Shown here: positions 1 through 9,277 of the stretch, piece after piece | Layout of the letters: each line of letters opens with the position of its first letter | How positions within the stretch are numbered: the stretch's first letter is position 1 | Origin: Chloroflexota bacterium | Lineage (GTDB): Bacteria; Chloroflexota; Dehalococcoidia; SM23-28-2; RBG-16-64-32 | Direction of reading: 5' to 3' | Length of the DNA: 64,000 nucleotides | Assembly (NCBI GenBank): GCA_022561635.1 | Contig: JADFQV010000002.1 | Span: 2,546-66,545, forward strand | The notes under the pieces: generated by a model | Told to the model about the DNA's origin: nothing | What the model saw: the letters and a program-made list of their open reading frames with translations, nothing else | Database searches by the model: none | Position numbers and translations under genes: made by a program

Positions 1-2
1 AG

Positions 3-248
3 ACCGACGACGGCGCGCTCATCTACACCACTTACAGCGGCCTCATCATCCTCTCGCCGGACATCCTCCGACGCATCGCCGGCGGCGAGGACGTGCCGCT
101 GGCCGAGTACTACTTCTACACGAACCCGATGTTCCAGACCGCCGCCGAAGGCTACACCTGGCTCAACCAGACGATCGCCATCGGCCGCGGCAAAGCGATT
201 GCGGGCGGCGTCGAATACCGCGTCTGGGCCGTCTCCGACCCGGCCTGA
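3..248 (+). CDS. C-terminal fragment of a DUF3237-like (UPF0311) protein; the 5' end lies outside the window
   Basis: Frame is open from the window edge to TGA at 246-248. Translation ...DGALIYTTYSG...YYFYTNPMFQTAAEGYTWLNQTIAIGRG...VEYRVWAV resembles my recollection of DUF3237. It is absent from the ORF track because there is no start codon in the window. Confidence 0.55.
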   Translation, partial: TDDGALIYTTYSGLIILSPDILRRIAGGEDVPLAEYYFYTNPMFQTAAEGYTWLNQTIAIGRGKAIAGGVEYRVWAVSDPA

Positions 249-301
249 GCCACCGCTAGACACCACCGGCAACGTCTGCCATTCTTAGGTCGCCCCGCAA
301 A

Positions 302-754
302 ATGCCATACCGAACGCCGCTCCTCGCCCTGCTCATCCTCCTCGCCTCGCTGTCGGCGCTCGCCTGCAGTTCCGGCGGCGATGACGGAGAAGCGGATCCC
401 ACACAGGGAGCGCGCCTCGAGGGCGACACGCTCACCTCCATCGGCAGCGGCGACGGCATCAGCGGCGCCTTCCTCACCGACGGCGTCTTCGACGTCCGCG
501 TCGTCGGCGACGACGTTACGGTCGACAACTCGCGCCTAATCGTCTACCAGTTGACGCCGCAGGAGAACGGCTTCCGGACGGCGATCGTCACCGGCAGCGG
601 CCCCAAGGCCGTCGCCGAAGGCGTCACTCAGCGCCCGGGCTCGATCCTCGACCTCACGTTCAACATCGGCCAGGGCGAGTACTACGTGCTCCTCAAGACG
701 GACTCGACAAGCGTCTGGACGATGACCGTCACCGGCGTCTCCGGCCTGCCCTAG
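302..754 (+). CDS. Putative lipoprotein, function unknown
   Basis: N-terminus MPYRTPLLALLILLASLSALAC-SSGG is a signal peptide plus lipobox Cys. No recognisable domain. Confidence 0.6.
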   Translation: MPYRTPLLALLILLASLSALACSSGGDDGEADPTQGARLEGDTLTSIGSGDGISGAFLTDGVFDVRVVGDDVTVDNSRLIVYQLTPQENGFRTAIVTGSGPKAVAEGVTQRPGSILDLTFNIGQGEYYVLLKTDSTSVWTMTVTGVSGLP

Positions 755-1596
755 GCCGGCAGGTTCATGCCGGGCATCTGCAGCGGCTGCGACGGCCGCA
801 TCATGATCTCGTTGACGTGCGCCGACTCCGGCATCGTCACCGCAAATAACACCGCCTGCGCGATGTCATCCGGGCTCATCACGAACGCCTTGCCCATCGT
901 CGCCACGCGGTCCAGCACCTCCTGAGGCAAGTGCTCACCCGGCTTGATACCGGCCTCTTCCGGATCGACGCCGAGCATGCGCCCGAGGGCGAAGAGCTGC
1001 TCCTCGGGCATGCTGCGCACGAGGTTCGTGGCCACCGCCCCCGGCATGATCGCCGTCATGCGGATGTTCTTCCCCTCAAGCGCCAGCCGCAGGCTCTCCG
1101 TGAGCGCGCCCGCGGCGTGCTTGGAAGCCGCGTACATCGGGTCGTCCGGTTCCGCCGAGCGCGCGGCGACGCTGGTGATGTTGACGATGTGGCCGCCCTT
1201 CCCCTGCATCACGCGAACGGCCTCGCGGCAGCCGAGGGCCAGCGCCAGAACGTTGACGTCCAGCGTCTCCTTCCACTTCGCGTAGTCGCCGCCGTTGATC
1301 ACGCTGTCGAACGGGTTGTAGCCAGCGTTGTTGACCATTACGTCAAGCGCCCCAAACGTCTCGACGGCGGCATCAACGAGGCCGATCATCACCTGCTCGT
1401 CCGTCACGTCGCCCGGCCGCACCAGCGCCTTGCCACCACCGCCCTCGATCTCTTTCGCCGCGGCGTCCATGTTCTCCCGCTGGCGGCCGTTGAGGACGAT
1501 GTTCCCGCCCTCAGCGCCCAGCGACTTGGCGATCGCCAGCCCAATTCCAGAGCTGGCGCCAGTCACTACTACTGTCTTCCCGTCGAGCCGTCCCAT
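751..1596 (-). CDS. Short-chain dehydrogenase/reductase (SDR)
   Basis: MGRLDGKTVVVTGASSGIGLAIAK (TGxxxGIG), NNAG, and YAASKHA (YxxxK). Start moved to the ATG at 1596, which follows GAGAGAGGA. The longer track ORF adds a non-homologous Arg/Gly-rich extension. Confidence 0.85.
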   Translation of the reverse strand: MGRLDGKTVVVTGASSGIGLAIAKSLGAEGGNIVLNGRQRENMDAAAKEIEGGGGKALVRPGDVTDEQVMIGLVDAAVETFGALDVMVNNAGYNPFDSVINGGDYAKWKETLDVNVLALALGCREAVRVMQGKGGHIVNITSVAARSAEPDDPMYAASKHAAGALTESLRLALEGKNIRMTAIMPGAVATNLVRSMPEEQLFALGRMLGVDPEEAGIKPGEHLPQEVLDRVATMGKAFVMSPDDIAQAVLFAVTMPESAHVNEIMMRPSQPLQMPGMNLPA

Positions 1597-1616
1597 CTGC
1601 GTATCCTCTCTCTGGT

Positions 1617-2462
1617 CTACTCTTTCGTCGCTGCTCGCTTGAACATCGCGCCCGAAATCTTGCGCACGGCGAAGCGCGGCGTGAAGCGGGGCAGGTTCGC
1701 CGTCAACTTGTTCAGCAGTCCCGGCGTGACGATCGCACTGCCGGACTTCGCCGCCCCCAGCGCCTTCTCGACGACCGCCTCTGCGCTCATCCACAGGAAG
1801 CCCGGGATGCCGTCTTCGCCGATGCCAGCGACCTCCTGGAACTCGGTCCTCGTCGCGCCCGGGCAGAGGCAGGTCACGGTCACCCCGTACCCCTTCGCCT
1901 CTTCGTGCAGCCCCTCGCTGAACGAAAGCACGTAGGCCTTCGTCGCCGCGTAGGTCGACATGTAGGGCACCGGCTGGTAAGCGCCAGTCGAGGCGACGTT
2001 GATGATCGCCCCCGCGCCACTCTTCTTCATCGGCCCCAGCCCAGCGTGCGAAAGCTGCGTCAGCGCCCGGATGTTGAGGTCGATCTCCATCAGCTCGCGG
2101 TCGACCGGCAGCTGCGCAAACTCGCCGTTCGTGCCGAAGCCAGCGTTGTTCACCAGCAGGCCGATGTCGCCCTTCTCCAGCCGCTCAACCACCGCGGTCA
2201 CGCCTTCCGGCCGCGAGAGGTCCGCCGTGATCACTTCGGCGTCGGTGCCGCCCTCCTTCAGCTCACTCGCCAGCTTGTCCAGGCGGTCGCCGCGGCGCGC
2301 CACGATCACGACGTCGTAGCCCCGCTTTGCCAGCTGCCGCGCAAACTCCTCGCCGATGCCGGCTGAGGCGCCGGTTATGAGGGCGCGTTTGCGTTCCTGC
2401 TTGGTGTCCGCCGGCGCTGCGGCCTTCGCCTCCGTCGCCGTGTCGTTCGTCTCTGTGGCCAT
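1617..2462 (-). CDS. Short-chain dehydrogenase/reductase (SDR)
   Basis: RKRALITGASAGIGEEFARQL, NNAG, YAATKAY. ATG at 2462 is preceded by GGAGG. Confidence 0.85.
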   Translation of the reverse strand: MATETNDTATEAKAAAPADTKQERKRALITGASAGIGEEFARQLAKRGYDVVIVARRGDRLDKLASELKEGGTDAEVITADLSRPEGVTAVVERLEKGDIGLLVNNAGFGTNGEFAQLPVDRELMEIDLNIRALTQLSHAGLGPMKKSGAGAIINVASTGAYQPVPYMSTYAATKAYVLSFSEGLHEEAKGYGVTVTCLCPGATRTEFQEVAGIGEDGIPGFLWMSAEAVVEKALGAAKSGSAIVTPGLLNKLTANLPRFTPRFAVRKISGAMFKRAATKE

Positions 2463-2505
2463 TGCGGGCCTCCTTCTCAACAACTGCTGTCTCTGCAGTC
2501 TCTCG

Positions 2506-3864
2506 CTATTCCAGGACTTCCAGTACCTCATTGACGACGCGCTCGCCTGAGCGGACGGCGCCGTCGATGTAGCCGACAAAGGCCTCGGCGGTCTCTGTGC
2601 CGGCCCAGTGGATGCGCCCCACGGGCTCCCGCAGCGCCTGACCGCAGGTGACCCACGTCCCCGCCGGGAAGACAGCCCCGTAACCGCCACGGCTCCACTG
2701 CTCGGCGGGCCAATTGCCCTCAATGTAGTCCACCGGCTTCGCCGCACGGTCGCCGAAGTAGCGCACGAAGCAGTCGAGCGCGACCTTCCGCCGCTCGCCC
2801 TCGTCGACGCCGGCGTAGCGACGGGCGTCTCCGCCCTCGATGAAGCCCATCAGCATGCCGGGCGTGCCTTCGGGCGGGCTGTTGTCGAATATCACTTTGA
2901 TCGGGCCAACGTCGCTGACGACCCGCCCGGAGAGCCCCTCGTCGCGCCACCAGGGCGTGTCGTAGATCGCGTGGATCTTGATCACGCCGCCCATCGGCGA
3001 CCGCGACGTCAGCTGGTCACGCAGGGGCGGCATCGCCGGATCGTAGTCGATGCGGCCGGCGAGCGTCGGTGGGACCGTGACGACGCAGATCTTGCCGGTC
3101 ACGGCGAAATCGTCACCGCTGACGGTGATGCTCCCGTTGTCCTGGGTGATCGTGCGCACGGGACAGGACAGCCATATCGCATCGCCCAAGCCCTTCGCCG
3201 CCAACTCAGCCACTGTCCCCGCGCCGCCGTCGAAGCGGTCCGCCTGGGCACCGCCCTCGGTCGATATGAGGTTAAAGAAGCCGTTCCCGGACTTCGCGTA
3301 GAACAAGCCGTGCAGCAGCGAAACTTCGTGCGGCTCGGCGGCAAAAACAGCCTCGATCGCCGTCCGCATCCCCTCGCGGGCACGCTCTGAGTCGATGTTC
3401 TCGTCGATCCACGTCTGCACGGTCATGCCATCGAGGCGTTGGGCGTCGGGCGTCTCCCACGGCGCCTGCAGCGGCACATCCTGGGCCAGCTGGTCGAACG
3501 CCATGATCGCCTGCACCAGCTTGCCCATCGTCTCGGCGTCGTCGTCGGGCGCAGCCCCGGCGTGCCGTCGCAGGCCCAGCCCCTCGCTGTACTGAAGGTG
3601 CTCGCCGTCCGGCCACGTGGGGAAGCTCTTCACCCCCATCTCGTCGCCCAGGGCGCGGATGTGGTCCTGGCCGGGCCCCGTCCACTGGCCGCCCACGTCG
3701 ACCCAGTAGCCGTTGTGCTTCTGCGTCCAGACGCGGCCTCCCACGCGGTCACGGGCTTCGAGGACGACGACGTCCACCCCACGCTTGGACAGCTCTCGTG
3801 CCGCCGTGATGCCGGCGAATCCGGCGCCGACGACGATGACCTGGGTCGTTTCCTGGCGAACCAT
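2506..3864 (-). CDS. Flavin-containing amine oxidase (monoamine/putrescine oxidase-like)
   Basis: VIVVGAGFAGITAARELSKRGVDVVVLEARDRVGGRVWT dinucleotide-binding motif, and a C-terminal WAGTETA... motif typical of amine oxidases. GGAGG lies 6 nt upstream of the ATG at 3864. The TTG at 3870 used by the track abuts the SD. Confidence 0.85.
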   Translation of the reverse strand: MVRQETTQVIVVGAGFAGITAARELSKRGVDVVVLEARDRVGGRVWTQKHNGYWVDVGGQWTGPGQDHIRALGDEMGVKSFPTWPDGEHLQYSEGLGLRRHAGAAPDDDAETMGKLVQAIMAFDQLAQDVPLQAPWETPDAQRLDGMTVQTWIDENIDSERAREGMRTAIEAVFAAEPHEVSLLHGLFYAKSGNGFFNLISTEGGAQADRFDGGAGTVAELAAKGLGDAIWLSCPVRTITQDNGSITVSGDDFAVTGKICVVTVPPTLAGRIDYDPAMPPLRDQLTSRSPMGGVIKIHAIYDTPWWRDEGLSGRVVSDVGPIKVIFDNSPPEGTPGMLMGFIEGGDARRYAGVDEGERRKVALDCFVRYFGDRAAKPVDYIEGNWPAEQWSRGGYGAVFPAGTWVTCGQALREPVGRIHWAGTETAEAFVGYIDGAVRSGERVVNEVLEVLE

Positions 3865-3984
3865 GGGCAACCTCCTGGTGTATGCGGCAAGATAGCACTC
3901 CCGGCCAAGTCAGTCTAATCGCCACGCCACCCGCGATCGGCTCAGCTGGCTCCGCGCTGCCCGGCGGCCGTCTCCGGGCCGTCG

Positions 3985-5337
3985 CTAGCCTTGCCAGCTC
4001 ACTTCGTAGACCCTCACCGGGTCCTCGAAGCCGCGCAACACGCGTTCACCCTGGTCCGAGAAGAGGAAGCCGCGCCCGGCCACCAGCTCGCGCACGACGT
4101 TGGAGGCCAGGATCTCGCCGCCGCTCGCCTGCGCTGCGATCCGCGCCGCCAGGATCACCGACGTGCCGAAGAGGTCGCCGCGCCCATCCGGGTCTTCCTC
4201 GGCGATCGGCTCGCCCGCGTTCAGGCCGATGCGCACCTTCACCTCTCCCTCGGCCAACGCCCGCTGGATCGCGATCGCGCAGTCGAGCGCGCCGACGGCA
4301 GAGCCAAACGAGATCATGAAGCCGTCACCCATCGTCTTCACCTCCGAGCCGCCGTGCGCGGCCAGCGCCTCTCGCGTGATTCGCTCGTGCTCGCGGAAGA
4401 GCTCCCTCGCCCCGGCGTCGCCCAGCTCCTGCGTGAGCGCCGTCGAGCCTTCGATGTCCGTAAAGAGGATCGTCACCAGTGAGCCGATCGCCGGCACCGC
4501 CGGTTCCGTCTCGATCGCCGTCGGCGCATCACCGAGGAGGCGATCGAGCGCCGCCTCCATGACGGGCGAGTTGTCGCCGGGTTGGCCCCACGTGCCCTCC
4601 AGCACGACGAGCTCGGCGTTGGGCAGGCGCGCGGCCAGGTTTCGCACGGTGTCGAAGTCCGGGATCGCCACGTTCTTGTGACTCAGGACCAGCGTTGGTT
4701 GAGTGATCCTCGGCAGGTCGTCTGACGTATCGGCGCTCATGACGTAGTCCTGGAAAAAGGCCAGCGCCTGTTCTTGCGTGCATACGGCGCGGAGAAACTC
4801 GACGTACTCCGTCGCGGCAAGGGTGCCCCATCCAACCACGTAGTGCGCGAGCGTCGTGGTGAACATGTCCCAGTCGTTCTCCATCATCGACAGGAACGCC
4901 TTGACCTGCGGTATCTCAAAGAAGCGCGCGCCGTCGGCGTACGTGTCTCTGAGGATCAGGCGGGAGACCCGCTCCGGGTTGTCGGCCGCGAAAGAGATAG
5001 CCGCCATACCGTCCGCCTGCCCCGCGAAGAGCGCCAAGCTGTCCAGGCCTAGCTTGTCGGCTACGGCGGCGATGTCGCGGCCGAACGCCTCGACCGATAC
5101 CTCGCCAACGTCACGGTCGGACAGCCCGCAACCCCGGCAGTCGAACGTGATCAGGCGGCGCCGGGCGAACATGTGGTCGAACCAGAAGTTGAAGGACGTC
5201 TCCCTCCACTCCAGCTGGACGTGCGTGAACGGGCTACCGCGCATGTACACCACCGGAACGCCGTCGCCGCCTGTGTCGGCGAAGGCGATGCCAACGCCAT
5301 CGGAGGTGGTGGCGTACTTCACGCTTGGCTCGGCCAT
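3985..5337 (-). CDS. Alpha/beta-hydrolase fold domain fused to a class III adenylate/guanylate cyclase catalytic domain (LipJ-like architecture)
   Basis: The N-terminal half has a hydrolase fold (VVYMRGSPFTH...). The C-terminal half reads LVTILFTDIEGSTALT...KTMGDGFMISF...RIGLNAGEP...GTSVILAARI, a class III cyclase signature. Confidence 0.85.
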   Translation of the reverse strand: MAEPSVKYATTSDGVGIAFADTGGDGVPVVYMRGSPFTHVQLEWRETSFNFWFDHMFARRRLITFDCRGCGLSDRDVGEVSVEAFGRDIAAVADKLGLDSLALFAGQADGMAAISFAADNPERVSRLILRDTYADGARFFEIPQVKAFLSMMENDWDMFTTTLAHYVVGWGTLAATEYVEFLRAVCTQEQALAFFQDYVMSADTSDDLPRITQPTLVLSHKNVAIPDFDTVRNLAARLPNAELVVLEGTWGQPGDNSPVMEAALDRLLGDAPTAIETEPAVPAIGSLVTILFTDIEGSTALTQELGDAGARELFREHERITREALAAHGGSEVKTMGDGFMISFGSAVGALDCAIAIQRALAEGEVKVRIGLNAGEPIAEEDPDGRGDLFGTSVILAARIAAQASGGEILASNVVRELVAGRGFLFSDQGERVLRGFEDPVRVYEVSWQG

Positions 5338-5346
5338 GTCGCCCCA

Positions 5347-5352
5347 ATTCTA
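5347..5352 (-). promoter_or_regulatory. -10-like hexamer TAGAAT, 9 nt upstream of the cyclase-fusion ATG (5337)
   Basis: Reverse complement reads gcgTAGAATtggggcgacATG. No strong SD. Confidence 0.35.
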
Positions 5353-5383
5353 CGCCGGCGAGCCACCAGGTGCCCTTCGGGCT

Positions 5384-5389
5384 TATACT
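5384..5389 (+). promoter_or_regulatory. -10-like hexamer TATACT, 7 nt upstream of the ATG at 5397 (leaderless candidate)
   Basis: gcTTATACTccccttcATG; no SD. Confidence 0.4.
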
Positions 5390-5396
5390 CCCCTTC

Positions 5397-6353
5397 ATGC
5401 GATACGTCATCTACGGCGCCGGCGCCATCGGCGGCACGATCGGCGCCCGGCTGGCCCAGAACGGCCGCGACGTCGCCCTCATCGCCCGCGGGCCTCACCT
5501 GGAAGCGCTGCGGGACGACGGCCTGACCCTGCGCACGCCGGACGAGACGCTGACCCAGAAGATCACCGCCGCCGCCCACCCGGACGACATCGACTGGCGC
5601 GCCGACGACGTCGCCGTCCTGGCGATGAAGACTCAGGACACCGCCGACGCCCTGAAGGCGCTGCGCTCGGCCGCCGGCGACCTGCCCGTCGTCTGCGCCC
5701 AGAACGGCGTCGCCAACGAACGCCTGGCGGCCCGCCTCTTCTCGCGCGTCTACGGCATGGTCGTCTGGCTGCCGGGCACGCACCTGCAGCCTGGCGAGGT
5801 CATCGCCCACTCGTCGCCCATCGCCGGCATTCTCCACACCGGTCGCTACCCGGCGGGAACAGACGACCTGATCGGGGCCGTAGCGGCCGACCTGCGCGAC
5901 AGCGGCTTCGCCTCCCAGCCCAACGAGAAGATCATGCGCCTCAAGTACGCCAAGCTGCTCTCCAACCTCCTGAACATCGTGCAAGCGCTCTCCTCCGGCG
6001 CCGCCGGCGACATCGTGCGCGGCGTCCGCGAAGAGGCGAACGCCGTCTACGCGGCGGCCGGCATCGACTTCGCCGGGCCGGACGAGTTGCAGGAGCACGT
6101 AAAGGGGATCACAGTCAAGCCGGTGCCGGGCTTCGAGTCTCGCCTCGGCGGATCAACCTGGCAGAGCCTCTCCCGCGGCGGCTCGCTGGAGACCGACTAC
6201 CTGAACGGCGAGATCGCCCTGCTCGGCGCGCTGCACGGCGTCCCCACACCGTACAACCGCATGCTCCAAAGCGCAGCGGCCGAGGCGTCGCGTGAGGGCC
6301 GCAAGCCCGGCAGCTACACCCCGGAAGAGCTGCTCGCCCGCCTCTCCGCCTAG
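5397..6353 (+). CDS. 2-dehydropantoate 2-reductase family (ApbA/PanE-like) oxidoreductase
   Basis: MRYVIYGAGAIGGTIGARLAQNGRDVALIARG Rossmann N-terminus plus a family-like C-terminal domain. Start set at the first ATG giving the canonical N-terminus. Confidence 0.8.
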   Translation: MRYVIYGAGAIGGTIGARLAQNGRDVALIARGPHLEALRDDGLTLRTPDETLTQKITAAAHPDDIDWRADDVAVLAMKTQDTADALKALRSAAGDLPVVCAQNGVANERLAARLFSRVYGMVVWLPGTHLQPGEVIAHSSPIAGILHTGRYPAGTDDLIGAVAADLRDSGFASQPNEKIMRLKYAKLLSNLLNIVQALSSGAAGDIVRGVREEANAVYAAAGIDFAGPDELQEHVKGITVKPVPGFESRLGGSTWQSLSRGGSLETDYLNGEIALLGALHGVPTPYNRMLQSAAAEASREGRKPGSYTPEELLARLSA

Positions 6354-6736
6354 ACGATCGCGTCGGCCTCGATCTCGACCAGCAGCTCCGGTGCCACCAG
6401 CGCCGAGACCGCCACCAGCGTCGCCGCCGGCCTCACCTCGCCGAACGCCTCGGAGTGGGCGCGCGCCACCTCGCCGAAGCGCGTGATATCAGTGACGAAC
6501 ATCCGCGTGCGCACGACGTCCGACAGCGAGGCGCCCGCCTCCCGGAGCGCCCTCTCAATATTGCTGATCGCCTGCTTCGCCTGCGCGTACATGTCGCCCG
6601 CGCCGACCAGCTCGCCCGCCTCGCTCCAGGCGACGGTGCCGGAGACGAAGATGCGGTCGCCGGCGCGAACGGCGCGCGAGAAGCCGAAAACGCCTTCGAA
6701 CGGCGAGCCCGAGGATACTCGTTGACGTTCTGCCAT
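6350..6736 (-). CDS. RidA/YjgF/Endoribonuclease L-PSP family protein
   Basis: GVFGFSRAVRAGDRIFVSGTVAW...TRMFVTDI...PAATLVAVSALV...LVEIEADA. GGGAGGTGA SD before the ATG at 6736. Confidence 0.8.
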   Translation of the reverse strand: MAERQRVSSGSPFEGVFGFSRAVRAGDRIFVSGTVAWSEAGELVGAGDMYAQAKQAISNIERALREAGASLSDVVRTRMFVTDITRFGEVARAHSEAFGEVRPAATLVAVSALVAPELLVEIEADAIV

Positions 6737-6819
6737 CGGTTCACCTCCCAATCTGGTGCGGCGTATCTTATCGCACGCCCGGCGAACGTCCTTGCCCCCT
6801 GTGCTAACCTGAACACGTT

Positions 6820-7089
6820 ATGGCGGACGATCTCGTGCAACTGGGCGTGACAGACGATCTCGAAGCCGGCATCTGGCGTGACGCCCTGGCTCAGGAATCA
6901 ATCCCCATCGTCATTCGCCCCGCCAGCGCCAGCTCCATCACCGGCATCGGAGCCTCCAGCGGCAACGTCCAGGTCTTCGTCCGCGCCGCCGACGAAAAAC
7001 GCGCGCGCTGGATCATCGGCGACCGCAACGCCCCTCAGCCACAGGACGCCCAGCCACAGGACGCAGAGCAGGACGCCAGCAGAGACTAG
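6820..7089 (+). CDS. Small DUF2007-like protein with an acidic PQPQDA-repeat tail
   Basis: 89-aa ORF. The pattern ...EAGIWRDALAQESIPIVIR...VQVFVRAADEKRARWII resembles the putative signal-transducing DUF2007 fold (from memory). Confidence 0.5.
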   Translation: MADDLVQLGVTDDLEAGIWRDALAQESIPIVIRPASASSITGIGASSGNVQVFVRAADEKRARWIIGDRNAPQPQDAQPQDAEQDASRD

Positions 7090-7093
7090 CACC

Positions 7094-7744
7094 GTGGAGA
7101 TCCCGCTCTTCCCGCTCAACACCGTCCTCTTTCCCGGCAACACCATCCCCCTGCACATCTTCGAAGAGCGCTACAAGCTCATGATCGGCCAGTGCATCGC
7201 CGAAAAGCGCCCCTTCGGCGTCATCCTCATCCGCCAGGGCGCCGAAGTCGGCGGCCCCGCCGAGCCCGTCGAGGTCGGCACGACCGCCCGCATCGTCGAG
7301 GCCCAGAAGCTCGACGACGGCAAGCTCAACGTCACCGTCATCGGCGAACAGCGCTTCCGCGTCCTCGGCGTCCGCCGCCGCGAACCCTACCTCGTCGGCG
7401 ACGTCGAGATCCTCGGCCTCGACGAAGAGCACGACAGCACCCTCTCCGACCTGGCCGCCCGCGCTGGCACCCTCTTCGCCGAATACGTCCGCCTCAACCT
7501 CGCCGTCACCAACCAGTGGGCGCGCACCATCGAGATGCCCCCCGGCCCCGGCCCCCTCGCCGACTTCATCGGCCACCGCCTCGCCGTCGACCTCCACGCC
7601 AAACAGCGCCTCCTCGAAGAAGAATCCCCGCGCTACCGCCTGCGCACCGAAATCGACGTCCTCGGCGACAGCATCCGCCTCCTCCACCCCCGCGTCCGCG
7701 CCGCCCGCGCCGCCCGCTGGTCCAGCCTCGCCGCCATGAACTAG
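7094..7744 (+). CDS. Stand-alone Lon protease N-terminal (LON substrate-binding) domain protein
   Basis: VEIPLFPLNTVLFPGNTIPLHIFEERYKLMI...PFGVILIR is the classic Lon-N start. The GTG at 7094 lies 4 nt after the upstream stop, consistent with coupling. Confidence 0.75.
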   Translation: MEIPLFPLNTVLFPGNTIPLHIFEERYKLMIGQCIAEKRPFGVILIRQGAEVGGPAEPVEVGTTARIVEAQKLDDGKLNVTVIGEQRFRVLGVRRREPYLVGDVEILGLDEEHDSTLSDLAARAGTLFAEYVRLNLAVTNQWARTIEMPPGPGPLADFIGHRLAVDLHAKQRLLEEESPRYRLRTEIDVLGDSIRLLHPRVRAARAARWSSLAAMN

Positions 7745-7776
7745 CCGCGCCATTCGCCCGCCGCCCGCCCGTCCGC

Positions 7777-7782
7777 CATAAT
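7777..7782 (+). promoter_or_regulatory. -10-like hexamer CATAAT, 6 nt upstream of the ATG at 7789 (leaderless candidate)
   Basis: gccCATAATggccgtATG; no SD. Confidence 0.4.
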
Positions 7783-7788
7783 GGCCGT

Positions 7789-9123
7789 ATGAAGCTCAGC
7801 AAGCGCCTCAGTCGCACCTACGCCGTCGTCTCCCTCGCCGCGCGCGTCTACCTCGGCTACAAGCTCATCAGCGTCCGCCAGAAGCACTTCGGCCTCCGCC
7901 AGAAGAAGGCCAACCGCCAGCGGCTGCGCCACCACACCTGGTCCGCCAACCACTTCTACGACACCGCCGTCCAGCGCCAGGGCCTCCTCATCAAGCTCGG
8001 CCAGATCATCGGCTCCCGGCCCGACCTCATCCCCGACGAGTACATCGACGTCCTCTCGCGCCTGCAGGACGACGTGCCGCCGCGCACGTTCAAGGTCATC
8101 CGCCGCGTCATCGAGCGCGAGCTGAAGCGGCCGCTCGCCGAGCTCTTCGACGACTTCGAGGAGACGCCCATCGCCTCCGCCTCCCTGGCCCAGGTGCACC
8201 GCGCGCGACTCAAGCCCACCGCCTCGGAGCCGGAAGGCCGCGTCGTCGCCGTCAAAGTGCAGTACCCCGGCATCGAGGAGATCGTCGACAACGACCTCCA
8301 GAACGTCCGCTTCCTCCTGCGCATCCTCGCCCAATTCGAGCGCAACCTGGACTTCACGCCGATCATCGAAGAGCTGTCGCACAACGCGCCTCAGGAGCTC
8401 GACTTCGTCAACGAGGGCCACAACGCCGAGGCCATCGACAAGAACTTCGCCGGCCGCGATAACATCGTCGTGCCCGAGATCATCTGGGAGTACTCGACCA
8501 GGCGCGTCCTGACGATGGAGTTCATGGAAGGGATCAAGATCACCGACGTCGACGCCCTGCGCCGCGCTAACATCGAGCCGGCGGCCGTCGCCCAGCTCGT
8601 CACCGACATCTACTGCGAGCAGCTGTACCTGCACGGGATGTTCCACGCCGACCCGCACCCCGGCAACCTGCTCGTGCGGCCGGGCCCAACGCTCGTCATG
8701 CTGGACTTCGGCCTCTGCCGCCAGTACGACGACACGTTCCGCCTGCGCTACGCCAAGATGACGAACGCGATGCTGCGCTGGGACCTGCCGGCGCTCATCG
8801 AAGCGTACAAAGAACTCGGCATCAAGGTGAAGAACCCGGACGACCCGGCCGTCTACGTCGAGATGGGCCGCGCCTTCATGGAGACGTCGCGCGAGGGCGA
8901 AGGCTACGCCAACGCGGACCTCGTCGCCGAGTCCAACCAGCGCTTCGAGAAGGCCATGCGCGCGAACCCTGTCACGGACATCCCGCGCGAACTACTGCTG
9001 ATCATGCGCGTAACGGGCCTCCTGAGCGGCCTCGGCAAGCACCTGGGCTCGCGCGTAGATGTCACGGAGACGCTTCTGCCGTATACACAGGCGGCGCTCG
9101 ACGGCGCTAAAATAGCCCGCTGA
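7789..9123 (+). CDS. ABC1/UbiB-family atypical kinase
   Basis: GLLIKLGQIIGSRPDLIPDEYIDVLSRLQDDVPP...IASASLAQVHRA...VAVKVQYPGI...GMFHADPHPGNLLV...MLDFG. The track ORF from 7192 adds a 199-aa Arg/Pro-rich artefact that overlaps the Lon-N gene. Confidence 0.85.
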   Translation: MKLSKRLSRTYAVVSLAARVYLGYKLISVRQKHFGLRQKKANRQRLRHHTWSANHFYDTAVQRQGLLIKLGQIIGSRPDLIPDEYIDVLSRLQDDVPPRTFKVIRRVIERELKRPLAELFDDFEETPIASASLAQVHRARLKPTASEPEGRVVAVKVQYPGIEEIVDNDLQNVRFLLRILAQFERNLDFTPIIEELSHNAPQELDFVNEGHNAEAIDKNFAGRDNIVVPEIIWEYSTRRVLTMEFMEGIKITDVDALRRANIEPAAVAQLVTDIYCEQLYLHGMFHADPHPGNLLVRPGPTLVMLDFGLCRQYDDTFRLRYAKMTNAMLRWDLPALIEAYKELGIKVKNPDDPAVYVEMGRAFMETSREGEGYANADLVAESNQRFEKAMRANPVTDIPRELLLIMRVTGLLSGLGKHLGSRVDVTETLLPYTQAALDGAKIAR

Positions 9124-9277
9124 ACGACCATAAGATGACAGAATCCGGGTTCTGCATTCGTTATTGAAGTAATTTTCTGATCTTGTCAGCTTAGCGGCCG
9201 CTCAGATACGCTTTCGCGTGAGACAATAGGGGCGGCAGCTCAAGATATCTATCCCCCGCTTAACCCGGAGGCAAATA

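Noticed and set aside
4856-6295. 479-aa plus-strand ORF spanning the cyclase-fusion and reductase genes.
   Set aside because: Its product is extremely Arg/Pro/Ala-rich. It is antisense to, or out of frame with, two genes that have clear family motifs.
7036-7065. Tandem 15-nt repeat CAGCCACAGGACGC(C/A), encoding PQPQDA-QPQDA.
   Set aside because: It is an in-frame low-complexity duplication within the tail of a small protein. It is not a regulatory or CRISPR-like repeat.
7192-7788. 199-aa Arg/Pro-rich N-terminal extension of the UbiB-like ORF as given in the track.
   Set aside because: It overlaps the Lon-N-domain gene in another frame and has no homology-like features. A CATAAT-N6-ATG start at 7789 gives the canonical ABC1 N-terminus.
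9193-9202. AGCGGCCGCT palindrome in the AT-richer gap upstream of the acyl-CoA dehydrogenase, considered as an operator.
   Set aside because: It is a short GC palindrome expected by chance in this composition. There is no convincing promoter context and no adjacent regulator gene.
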